From Candidatus Latescibacterota bacterium (GTDB lineage: Bacteria > Latescibacterota > UBA2968 > UBA8231), in the NCBI GenBank assembly GCA_965248265.1, contig CBDFJF010000002.1:3296001-3360000 (forward strand): a stretch of DNA of 64,000 bases, read 5' to 3'. Position numbers and translations under genes: made by a program. The notes beneath the pieces were generated by a model, which saw only the letters and a program-made list of their open reading frames with translations, was not told the origin of the DNA and did not search any database. Of the stretch, positions 30,983 through 39,657 are shown piece by piece (within the stretch, counting starts at the first letter, position 1; the number at the start of each line of letters is the position of its first letter).

Positions 30983-32224
30983 ATGAGTGGGAGAGGACTG
31001 GTCATTCTCGGGTCCACGGGATCCATCGGAGACACGACGTTCAAGATCCTGGACGGCCTGGATGGCTTCGAGTTGCTTGGGCTGTCAGCCGGTCGCCAGG
31101 TGGACAAGCTCATCGAGCGTATCGGAGTCTTTGGACCACAGGTCGTCTGCCTACAGGATGAAGATAGCGCGGCCGAGGTTCGCCGACGGGCACCGGATGT
31201 GCGGGTGTTGGACGGTGCAGAAGGACTATGCGAACTCGTCTGCATGGAGGGTGTCGACTACGTCGTAAACGGTCTGGTTGGAGCGGTCGGGCTGATGCCG
31301 ACGCTGGCCGCTTTGCAGGCAGGTCGCATCGTCTGCATGGCTAACAAGGAACCTCTGGTGATGGCTGGTGGTCCACTTCTGCGCGCCGCCCGCCTTGGGG
31401 GTGGCGAGATTCGCCCTGTGGACAGTGAGCCCAGTGCCATGTGGCAGTGCCTTCAGGGAGAAGGATCACGCGCAATCAGGCGCCTGATTCTGACAGCCTC
31501 AGGGGGCGCCTTCCGCGACCACAGCCTCGAGCAACTGGCGCGCGTGACTCCGACGGAGGCTCTGAACCATCCGACATGGCAGATGGGCGCTAAGATCACC
31601 GTGGATTCTGCCTCCCTGATGAACAAGGGGTTCGAGGTAATCGAGGCCAGCATACTTTTCGGTGTCGACGTGGACCAGGTCGACGTCGTCATCCACAGGG
31701 AGTCGATCGTTCATTCGATGGTCGAATTCACCGATGGTTCGATCCTCGCCCACATGGGCAAAACGGATATGGCCTTGCCCATCCAGTACGCGCTGACCTA
31801 CCCCGACCGGAGGGAGACACCGCTGGCCCCCCTGGATCTCACCTCCTTAGGAGCGCTGCACTTCGCTGAGCCGGATTGGGATGCGTTTCCCGGTCTTCAG
31901 CTGTGTTATGAAGCCGGCCGTCGAGGGGGCATGGCGCCGGCTGCACTCAATGCGGCCAACGAGATTGCGGTTAAGGCGTTCCTGGATGGGATGATCGGCT
32001 TTCTCGACATTCATGATATCAATAGACAGATCATGGAATCGTGTGGTGGTGGTCCCTCAGGCGACGGATCGTCTGGCGACGACGAAGAAAGGCCTTCGGC
32101 GTCAACGGAGGTGGAATTGATCAACGAGATATTGAAAGTGGACGCCGTTGCACGCCAGCAAGCCCACACGGCGGTTGCCGGACGTGTTGGTGGCGCGGAT
32201 GAGCTGGTGAGCGGTGTTGGCTGA
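30983..32224 (+). CDS. dxr: 1-deoxy-D-xylulose-5-phosphate reductoisomerase
   Basis: LGSTGSIG, ANKE, PVDSE, TASGG, HPTWQMGAKITVDSA, NAANE. Confidence 0.97.
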   Translation: MSGRGLVILGSTGSIGDTTFKILDGLDGFELLGLSAGRQVDKLIERIGVFGPQVVCLQDEDSAAEVRRRAPDVRVLDGAEGLCELVCMEGVDYVVNGLVGAVGLMPTLAALQAGRIVCMANKEPLVMAGGPLLRAARLGGGEIRPVDSEPSAMWQCLQGEGSRAIRRLILTASGGAFRDHSLEQLARVTPTEALNHPTWQMGAKITVDSASLMNKGFEVIEASILFGVDVDQVDVVIHRESIVHSMVEFTDGSILAHMGKTDMALPIQYALTYPDRRETPLAPLDLTSLGALHFAEPDWDAFPGLQLCYEAGRRGGMAPAALNAANEIAVKAFLDGMIGFLDIHDINRQIMESCGGGPSGDGSSGDDEERPSASTEVELINEILKVDAVARQQAHTAVAGRVGGADELVSGVG

Positions 32225-32288
32225 GGGGAGGCGTGCGTTGTGAGGGTGGTTGAGTTGAGTAGGTTATCATAGGGCTAAGGACTAAACG

Positions 32289-32564
32289 ATGTCACGGCAA
32301 GGGTCAAGCACACAGGAGACACCTACGGGTGGAAACCGGTGGCCGAGCGAACAGTTTTTCCTCAAGCTGCAGCAAATCTTGACTGCGCTCATTCTGGTTT
32401 CGTTCGTCCTGATCGTGGTCATGACCACGGCCTCGACAGGACCGTTCGTCATCGTTGCCGGAAAATTGCTGTTCCTGTTGATATTGCTGTCCGCCGCGAC
32501 CTGGTTGGCAACATGGATCATTAAAGTATGGCAGGAAAAGCGAGGATCTGCATGGAAACGCTGA
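32289..32564 (+). CDS. Small 2-TM membrane protein
   Basis: Two hydrophobic helices in 91 aa. Confidence 0.55.
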   Translation: MSRQGSSTQETPTGGNRWPSEQFFLKLQQILTALILVSFVLIVVMTTASTGPFVIVAGKLLFLLILLSAATWLATWIIKVWQEKRGSAWKR

Positions 32565-32992
32565 CGGCGAGAGGATCTTTCCACGCCGCCCATAGACAAC
32601 TCGGTTATGACGGTCGCTGCGTTCACGTCCATGGCCACACCTGGCGGGGAACGTTTCTGGTGCGGGCCCAGCGCTTCCCGCGCCTTGAGCGGCTGGATAT
32701 GTCGGTCGATTTCGGTGCGTTGAAGGACATCTTCAAGTTCCTCGACCACAAGATGTTGATCTCCGATCAGGACGTGACCTTTCTGGACAGTCAGATCTTT
32801 GATCCCGAAGGAGTCGTCGTGATGCCGGGTAAGAATCCGAGTGTCGAGAACGTGGCGTTGTACTGTATGAATGAGGCAGTGGATGTGCTCGCGAAGTTGT
32901 TCCCTGGAGAGGGCGTTGATTACCAGATCGAGGTCACGATCCAGGAGACCGACAATAACGTTTTCACCCTCGAACAGACGGTGACTGTGTAG
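32552..32992 (+). CDS. queD: 6-carboxytetrahydropterin synthase / PTPS family
   Basis: FHAAH, CVHVHGHTW, VDFG, LDH, NPSVEN, QET. Confidence 0.85.
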   Translation: METLTARGSFHAAHRQLGYDGRCVHVHGHTWRGTFLVRAQRFPRLERLDMSVDFGALKDIFKFLDHKMLISDQDVTFLDSQIFDPEGVVVMPGKNPSVENVALYCMNEAVDVLAKLFPGEGVDYQIEVTIQETDNNVFTLEQTVTV

Positions 32993-33005
32993 GTCAGGTG
33001 GCGCC

Positions 33006-33272
33006 ATGCCCAAGGAAGGTCTGCTCACAGCGAATGACGTAGCCGGTTACCTGAGGTGCTCCGTGTCCACGGTCCGCCGGCTGGTGGTACGGACGGAAAT
33101 CCCTCATTTCCGTGTCAGCAAGTTGGTCCGTTTTCGGCGAAGCGATATCGATGCCTGGTTACTGAAACACCGCGAGGGCGGACTGGCTGCGGAGAGTCTC
33201 AAACTACCCGAAGACCACCCCGATCAGCTGCCGCTGTTCGGGCGCGAGATTGCCCGGGACTGGGACCTGTGA
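33006..33272 (+). CDS. Excisionase-like HTH DNA-binding protein (HTH_17)
   Basis: LLTANDVAGYLRCSVSTVRRL...IPHFRV..LVRFRRSDIDAWL. Confidence 0.85.
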   Translation: MPKEGLLTANDVAGYLRCSVSTVRRLVVRTEIPHFRVSKLVRFRRSDIDAWLLKHREGGLAAESLKLPEDHPDQLPLFGREIARDWDL

Positions 33273-34825
33273 GACCGATAGCGGCGGTCACGGCACTCGG
33301 CTGGGCTCTGGTGCTGTCCGCGTGTGGTTTGCCCGGCCGGGATAATCCCGCTGATCCCGGTGCTCCCGGCGAGGACGAAGATCCCGGCATCGAGTTCATT
33401 GCCACGATCCCGGAAGGCGTTGGGTTCACGGGAGATCGTTTCGCCGAAATACGGTACATTGTCACGGCCGCTGATATTCCGGATGGCCTGTCGGGGCCGA
33501 TGAATCTCGTCGGCGATCGTGCATCAGCGTTGGTGCGTGGCATACCGATCGGAACGAACAGGGTCATCGTCGTCGACGCCTTCGATCCCAATGAAATCCG
33601 CACATTTTCAGCCTCCGATACGATATCGGTAACGGCCAACTCTCCTCAAAGTGTCTCGCTCGTCTTTCAACGGCTCACGGGGACCATCGAAATTTCATCG
33701 GACCTGCCCCCGGAAATCACCCAGTTCGAAGTGAACGTAGTCGCTGATGGCGACACCGTCAGCTTCTCCTACGAAGTCTCCGGTGCAGTTCAGGAGCGGA
33801 TATCGGACATTCCCACTGGCACTGGAGTTTTAGTGGGAATGAGTGGCATTGATTCCGAGCAACAGGTGTTGCTACAGTCTACGGAACTGGCCAACGTTCA
33901 GAGTAATTTTGTCACCCACATCAGCGTCAACGCCGTCATCGGGGTTCTTCAGATTCGAGCGAATTTCCCTGGCTACATCCCCGTCGTCCCGATCGATCGT
34001 TTCAGTGATCTGGCCGGAACGTTCTTCAAACGCTCTGAACGGCTCCAGTTGCCGGCGGCCGACGAGCCGATCGACTTCGACGAAGACTTTCTGATGCGCA
34101 GCTTGGGGCCCAACGGTGAGGTCGTTGAGCAGTATCATTTTGATGCCAGGCCGAGCGCGCCGGCGCTCGTGTTCATGGCGGTTGATTTTCGCGGTGACCC
34201 CATCGTCGGCCAGCTTCCGGTGTTCGATGAAATCCCCGGAGACGAGGCCTACAACGACGTCAGGCGGGTGGTCGAGGTCGAAGTCGAGCGGGACTACAGG
34301 CCGAATGCGGCAACCTCATGGGCCATGATGGATGCTCAATACGAAGACACCACGATGACGGATCGGATCATGCACTGCGTCGTGGTTCCGGATGGATCCG
34401 TGGCCACCAAGCGCTTCGCTGCTGACATCCCGGTGGAGCTTCAGGATGGCTGGTACCGTGAGCAGATCGTCAAGTACCTGTTGTTCGAAAATCCCGAGAG
34501 TTCCCTGACCATCGATTTTGCCGGAAATAGTTTAAGCACTCCGATCATGTACGCGTTTCTGCAGAACGACATGGATGTCAGGGATGGTTTCGCAGTCGAT
34601 GACGATGGCAACACCCACAACGTGGTCACGCTGCTTCCCGGTCAACAGGGCTATTCTCCTCTATGGGCGTTGACCCTGTTCATACTGGATGCGTTCGATC
34701 GCGTTGCCGATGTGCCCAGCGCACAGTCGCAGGCTACCAATGTTGAAAACAGACTGGAACTGGAGGATGGAGCCGTCATCCTCGTCAATGCCCCCATAGT
34801 TGCCGTGCTCCCGAGCGGCTCTTGA
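33269..34825 (+). CDS. Lipoprotein of unknown function (beta-sandwich repeats plus conserved C-terminal domain)
   Basis: GTG start overlapping the upstream stop; lipobox LSAC followed by RDNPADP; C-terminal PGDEAYND and GYSPLW motifs. Confidence 0.8.
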   Translation: MRPIAAVTALGWALVLSACGLPGRDNPADPGAPGEDEDPGIEFIATIPEGVGFTGDRFAEIRYIVTAADIPDGLSGPMNLVGDRASALVRGIPIGTNRVIVVDAFDPNEIRTFSASDTISVTANSPQSVSLVFQRLTGTIEISSDLPPEITQFEVNVVADGDTVSFSYEVSGAVQERISDIPTGTGVLVGMSGIDSEQQVLLQSTELANVQSNFVTHISVNAVIGVLQIRANFPGYIPVVPIDRFSDLAGTFFKRSERLQLPAADEPIDFDEDFLMRSLGPNGEVVEQYHFDARPSAPALVFMAVDFRGDPIVGQLPVFDEIPGDEAYNDVRRVVEVEVERDYRPNAATSWAMMDAQYEDTTMTDRIMHCVVVPDGSVATKRFAADIPVELQDGWYREQIVKYLLFENPESSLTIDFAGNSLSTPIMYAFLQNDMDVRDGFAVDDDGNTHNVVTLLPGQQGYSPLWALTLFILDAFDRVADVPSAQSQATNVENRLELEDGAVILVNAPIVAVLPSGS

Positions 34826-34832
34826 TGGACCC

Positions 34833-35000
34833 CTAGTGCCCTGTCACGGAAGTATCCTTGTATTCGGTCGCCGATTCATCCCGACCTGCTGCGTTGCGCT
34901 CAATCGGCATATCCCACCGATATGCCTCATCGCGCGCCTTGCAGGCCGGGGCGACTCGGCGCCCTCATTTCACAAGCCTACTTCCGTGACAGGGCACTAG
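34833..35000. mobile_element. 168-bp MITE-like element with perfect terminal inverted repeats
   Basis: CTAGTGCCCTGTCACGGAAGTA (34833-34854) and TACTTCCGTGACAGGGCACTAG (34979-35000); the interior folds as a long imperfect hairpin. Confidence 0.85.
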
Positions 35001-35010
35001 ACAAGCTGCG

Positions 35011-37317
35011 ATGAGCGCTCGGGGAGGCGAGATTTCTCGAGTTGCCGTTCTCGGTGCCGGTGTCATGGGCACACAGATTGCCGCCTTGCTGGCCAACGCC
35101 GGTTTCGATGTAGACTTGCTCGACCTTCCCGCGGACGGCGATCCAGCTGGGCGTGCTCGATCAGCTCTTGCTCGCGCCGGCAACGAACGTCCGCCCATTT
35201 TCTTCACTCCTGATATCGGCCTCCGCATCCGCCCTGGAAGTATAGAGGATCTGTCCTGTCTGGCTGAGGCCGACTGGGTGATCGAAGCCGTCGTAGAGGA
35301 TCTCTCACTGAAGGGGTCTGTCCTGTCCCGCATCTCGGAGGTAATCTCCGAGACCTGCGTAATCAGTTCGAACACCTCTGGTCTTTCGATCGGTCGTCTG
35401 TGCGAAGTCCTGCCCGCGCAGCCGCGGGCTCGGTTTCTCGGCATTCATTTCTTCAATCCAGTAAGACAGATGAGGCTGGTCGAAGTGATTCCGAGTGCTC
35501 ACACGGATTCGGCGATTGTTGCACGGATGACGGCCTTCGTCGAACACAGCCTCGGGAAGAGGGTAGTGGAGTGTCGCGATACGCCCAATTTTATCGCCAA
35601 TCGGCTCGGAGTTTTTGCATTGATGGATGCGTTGCACCGCATGGAGAGTGGCGCTCTCTCAGTGGAGGAAGTCGATGCCGTCACCGGGTCACTGCTCGGT
35701 CGTCCGCGCACCGCGACCCTGCGCCTCTGTGACCTCATCGGCCTGGACACCTTGGTGAAGGTCGCCGGAACGGCCTTCGTCAATTTGGGTGGTGAGCGCC
35801 AACGCGATGTCTTTAAGCCTCCTGCCTTCGTCGAGCGCATGCTGGAGGCAGGTCTGTTGGGTGTGAAGGCGGCAGGAGGCTTTTACCGCAAGGTGGAGGG
35901 GAGTGGAATTGAAGTGCTGGATCTGGGTAGTCTCCAGTACCGGTCCTCAACAACACCGGAATTGGGAGCGTTGGCCGCCGCCACCGCGACCCGCGATCCG
36001 AGGATGCGCCTACAGAGCGCCTACAACTGTGAGGGGGGAGACAGACTCGCTCGTTTTGCCCGTGACCACCTCAACGCAGTACTGGTTTATGCCTGTGAGC
36101 ATGCCGCTTCCATGGCCAGCGAACTCACCCATGTGGATCTGGCCATGCAGTACGGGTTCAACTGGGAACTGGGTCCATTCGAAATGATCGATGCTATCGG
36201 TTCGTCGACATGGACCGGTGGACTAGTGCAGAAGGGCATGGATGTGCCTCCCTTGATGGCGCAGATAAACCAGGCTGGCGGTTTCATCTACTCGACAGAA
36301 AGCTCGGGATCGGGGCGGAGGGCGTTCTCGATGATGCGCCACGCACATGAGCCAATGCCGTCTTCAGACAACGACGAAGAACTCCTGGAGACAGCACCGG
36401 TGCGCTGGGAGAACGAAGGTGCACGGGTGCTGGAACGCGATGGCATAGGGATAGTCGTATTCAGAGGCAAGATGAACGTCATCGGTGTGGCTGCGCAAGA
36501 GATGATTCACCGAGCACTGGATGCCGATTTTCGGGCGCTCGTGCTTGGTGGGGCAGGGGGGAATTTTTCCGCTGGTGCTGATCTCGCTCACATGATGGCG
36601 TTGATAGAAGATGGTGATTGGCCAGGGTTGATCGGCTATCTCGATCGATTTCAACGGGCTGTCATGGGGCTGCGCTACGTTCCTATCCCCGTTGTTGCCG
36701 CCCCGTTCGGTCTGGCTTTGGGGGGAGGCTGCGAGTTCTGTTTAGCGGTGGATCGGTGTGTGCCCGCCGCGGAGTTGAGCATGGGTTTGGTGGAAACGCG
36801 TGTGGGTCTCATTCCCGGAGCGGGAGGTTGTATGGAAGTGGCGCGTCGTTTCGGCAGTGAACGTGCCATCGGCGATGCCTTCGAATTGGTCTTTGCCGGG
36901 GATTTCTCCGACAACGCTCTGCAGGCGCGCGCATGGGGGCTGCTCGAACCCGGCGAGAGCATTGAGATGAATGGCGAGCGTGTGTTGAGGTCGGCGATTA
37001 CCGTTGCCAATGAAATGGTGCAGGCCGGATATCATCCGCCCGAATCGATCCCTTTTCGTGTGGCCGGAGACACGGCGCTCGATGCTTTGCAGGCGAGTTT
37101 GGCTGAGCGCTGCGCGGCGGGGAAGATATCGGAGCACGATCAACACATCGGCCGCCTCCTGGCCGGGGTGTTGTGCGGAGGAGGGGGGCGGGAGACATCC
37201 ACCGAACAGGAATTGCTCGAATTGGAACGCGAGGCCTTTCTTGATCTATGTCACACGCCGGCGACGCTGGAGCGTATGGCCCACATGTTGAAGTCGGGAA
37301 AGCCGTTGAAGAACTGA
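35011..37317 (+). CDS. 3-hydroxyacyl-CoA dehydrogenase / enoyl-CoA hydratase (FadN-like)
   Basis: GAGVMG, EAVVE, SSNTSGL, HFFNP, DTPNFIANR, FSAGADL, ALGGGCE, C-terminal GKPLKN. Confidence 0.93.
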   Translation: MSARGGEISRVAVLGAGVMGTQIAALLANAGFDVDLLDLPADGDPAGRARSALARAGNERPPIFFTPDIGLRIRPGSIEDLSCLAEADWVIEAVVEDLSLKGSVLSRISEVISETCVISSNTSGLSIGRLCEVLPAQPRARFLGIHFFNPVRQMRLVEVIPSAHTDSAIVARMTAFVEHSLGKRVVECRDTPNFIANRLGVFALMDALHRMESGALSVEEVDAVTGSLLGRPRTATLRLCDLIGLDTLVKVAGTAFVNLGGERQRDVFKPPAFVERMLEAGLLGVKAAGGFYRKVEGSGIEVLDLGSLQYRSSTTPELGALAAATATRDPRMRLQSAYNCEGGDRLARFARDHLNAVLVYACEHAASMASELTHVDLAMQYGFNWELGPFEMIDAIGSSTWTGGLVQKGMDVPPLMAQINQAGGFIYSTESSGSGRRAFSMMRHAHEPMPSSDNDEELLETAPVRWENEGARVLERDGIGIVVFRGKMNVIGVAAQEMIHRALDADFRALVLGGAGGNFSAGADLAHMMALIEDGDWPGLIGYLDRFQRAVMGLRYVPIPVVAAPFGLALGGGCEFCLAVDRCVPAAELSMGLVETRVGLIPGAGGCMEVARRFGSERAIGDAFELVFAGDFSDNALQARAWGLLEPGESIEMNGERVLRSAITVANEMVQAGYHPPESIPFRVAGDTALDALQASLAERCAAGKISEHDQHIGRLLAGVLCGGGGRETSTEQELLELEREAFLDLCHTPATLERMAHMLKSGKPLKN

Positions 37318-37355
37318 CCGCGGATACGCATTAACCACGGAAGGGTGATGAGCAT

Positions 37356-38819
37356 ATGGGATTGCGAACGGCTGATCAGTATCGCAGCAGCTTGAGGGAT
37401 GGCAGGCAGGTGTATTGTGAGGGGGAACTGGTGGAGGATGTCACCGTGCACCCTGACATCGGGATCGCCGTTGACCACGCTGCTCTCGATTTCGAGCTGG
37501 CAGAGCATCCCGAGCACCGAGAACTGTTCACGTGGAGGCAGGATCCCGACGGAGAGCTTTGCAGTCGTTATTTCAAGAAGCCGCAGGACGCACAGGATCT
37601 GCTGAATCGCCGCGAGATGATCGAGCGCTCCACGCGGCTGGGAGGCAGCGTTGTCCTGCTGATCAAGGAGATTGGCTCGGACGCGCTTTTCGCACTGCAC
37701 CAGGTGAGCCACCAGGTCGACGAAAAGGTGGGAACCGAGTACAACGCACGTGTCAACGCCTATCTGGACAGGTGTCGTAAGGAAGACCTGAGCCTGGCCG
37801 TGGCGCAGACCGACGTCAAGGGTGATCGCAGTCTGTTACCATCGCAACAGGAACACCCCGATTACTACGTGCATATAGTTGAGGAGCGGGCGGACGGGAT
37901 TGTCGTACGGGGTGCCAAGGCGCACACGACATGCACTCCGTATGTCGACGACATCATCGTACTGCCGACACGGGCGATCGGTGAGGAGGACAGCGCCTAC
38001 GCCGTTGCCTTTTCTATTCCCGTCAACGCCGATGGAGTGAAGCTGATCGCCAGTCCCTTTGGGTCTCCGGATCCCAGCACGTTCCACCACCCTGTGAGCG
38101 CGCGCCACCGGCTCGTCGACACGCTCACGGTATTCGATGATGTATTCGTTCCGAACGAGCGTGTATTTCTCAAGGGTGAGTGGCAGGCGGCCGGGGCCGT
38201 CGCCAATACCTTCGTCGAGTTTCATCGGTTTACCGCCATCTCCTACAAACCGCCCTTGTGTGATCTGTTCATCGGGGCGGCCGCGTTGCTGGCCGAGTAC
38301 AACGGTATCGAGCGGGCAAGCCACGTGCGCGAGAAGCTAACCAAGCTGATCGTCTACGCGGAGACCGTGCGAGGGTTGAGCAGGGCCGCGGCCTACGAAT
38401 GCCGGCTCTCGGAGCAAGGCGTGGCGGTTCCAGACATCGTCACCACCAACCTGGCCAAGTATTTTTTCGCCAGCAACTACCATCAGGCGGTCAGCTGGGT
38501 GCAGGATATTGCCGGAGGTCTCGTCGTCACGGGGCCGTCAGAGAAGGATCTGGACAATCCGGAGACACGCCCCTATATCGAACGCTTTCTAGGTGGCAAA
38601 AGCGGGGTCAGTACGGAAGACCGCCTGCGCGCCTTTAATCTTGTGCGCGATCTGACCGCCTCAGACTTCGGGGGCTACAACGAGTTTCTCGCCATCCATG
38701 CGGAAGGCTCGCTGGAGGCGCAAAAAATCACGATCCATCGAGACTACGATATTGATCGCTGCAAGCAGCTGGCGATCGATGTTATCGAGGATGCGAAGGG
38801 TAAGAATGGCAAAGAGTAG
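37356..38819 (+). CDS. HpaB / 4-hydroxybutyryl-CoA dehydratase family flavoprotein
   Basis: YRSSLRDGR, AQTDVKGDRS, GIVVRGAK, VFDDVFVP, QDIAGG, HAEGS. Confidence 0.9.
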   Translation: MGLRTADQYRSSLRDGRQVYCEGELVEDVTVHPDIGIAVDHAALDFELAEHPEHRELFTWRQDPDGELCSRYFKKPQDAQDLLNRREMIERSTRLGGSVVLLIKEIGSDALFALHQVSHQVDEKVGTEYNARVNAYLDRCRKEDLSLAVAQTDVKGDRSLLPSQQEHPDYYVHIVEERADGIVVRGAKAHTTCTPYVDDIIVLPTRAIGEEDSAYAVAFSIPVNADGVKLIASPFGSPDPSTFHHPVSARHRLVDTLTVFDDVFVPNERVFLKGEWQAAGAVANTFVEFHRFTAISYKPPLCDLFIGAAALLAEYNGIERASHVREKLTKLIVYAETVRGLSRAAAYECRLSEQGVAVPDIVTTNLAKYFFASNYHQAVSWVQDIAGGLVVTGPSEKDLDNPETRPYIERFLGGKSGVSTEDRLRAFNLVRDLTASDFGGYNEFLAIHAEGSLEAQKITIHRDYDIDRCKQLAIDVIEDAKGKNGKE

Positions 38820-38831
38820 TCGGGGTTATCG

Positions 38832-39599
38832 TTACATACTGGTCCAACCGCCATCGACGAAGAGGGTGTGGCCGGTGACATAGCTGGCCGCCTCGGATGC
38901 CAGAAACACAACAGCCCAGGCCACCTCTTCGGGTTGGCCCCACCGACCCATGGGAGTGCGGTCGACGACGCTCTGGCGCAGGCGGGGACGCTCGTTGACG
39001 GCCGCCGTCATTTCCGTCTCGATGTATGCCGGCGCCACCGCGTTGACGCGCACGCCGGAGCGGGCCCATTCGACCGCCATACTCCTGGTCATGGCGGCGA
39101 GCGCGGCCTTACTGGCAGAGTAGGGTGCCAGCCGCGGCAATGCACGGACGGCCGCAATCGATGAGACGTTGACGACGGAGCCACTGCCTTGCTCGAGCAT
39201 GGTCGATCCTACCGTGCGAATGATTCCAAAGGTGGCATTGACGTTGACGTCCAGAATCTGGGCCCATTCTTCGGGCTCTACCTTCTCGATGCCTTTGACG
39301 ATCGGACTTATGGCCGCATTGTTGACGAGGATATCGATCTTGCCGTTATCCTCCAGCAGCTGTTCGTTCAGGGCGCGGACAGCGCTGGGATTTGAGATGT
39401 CGCAGAGAATGGACGTTGCCTTCCCACCTTGCCCACGTATAGAATCGACGGTTTCATCCAATTGCGCGCTGGTGCGGCTGGTGACGACGACTTCAGCTCC
39501 AGACTCGGCCATCGCCACGGCACTGGCGCGGCCGATTCCACGGCCACCCCCGGTCACGAGGGCTCTCTTGCCAGCCAAGCTGAAGGGAGTGAGGTCCAT
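38832..39599 (-). CDS. SDR family oxidoreductase
   Basis: TGGGRGIG, NNA, YSASK, VDGG. Confidence 0.95.
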   Translation of the reverse strand: MDLTPFSLAGKRALVTGGGRGIGRASAVAMAESGAEVVVTSRTSAQLDETVDSIRGQGGKATSILCDISNPSAVRALNEQLLEDNGKIDILVNNAAISPIVKGIEKVEPEEWAQILDVNVNATFGIIRTVGSTMLEQGSGSVVNVSSIAAVRALPRLAPYSASKAALAAMTRSMAVEWARSGVRVNAVAPAYIETEMTAAVNERPRLRQSVVDRTPMGRWGQPEEVAWAVVFLASEAASYVTGHTLFVDGGWTSM

Positions 39600-39657
39600 C
39601 TTTATCCTCGGTGCGTCGGTGAGTCAGGTTTTCTTGAGGCGGACTTGAACATAAACA

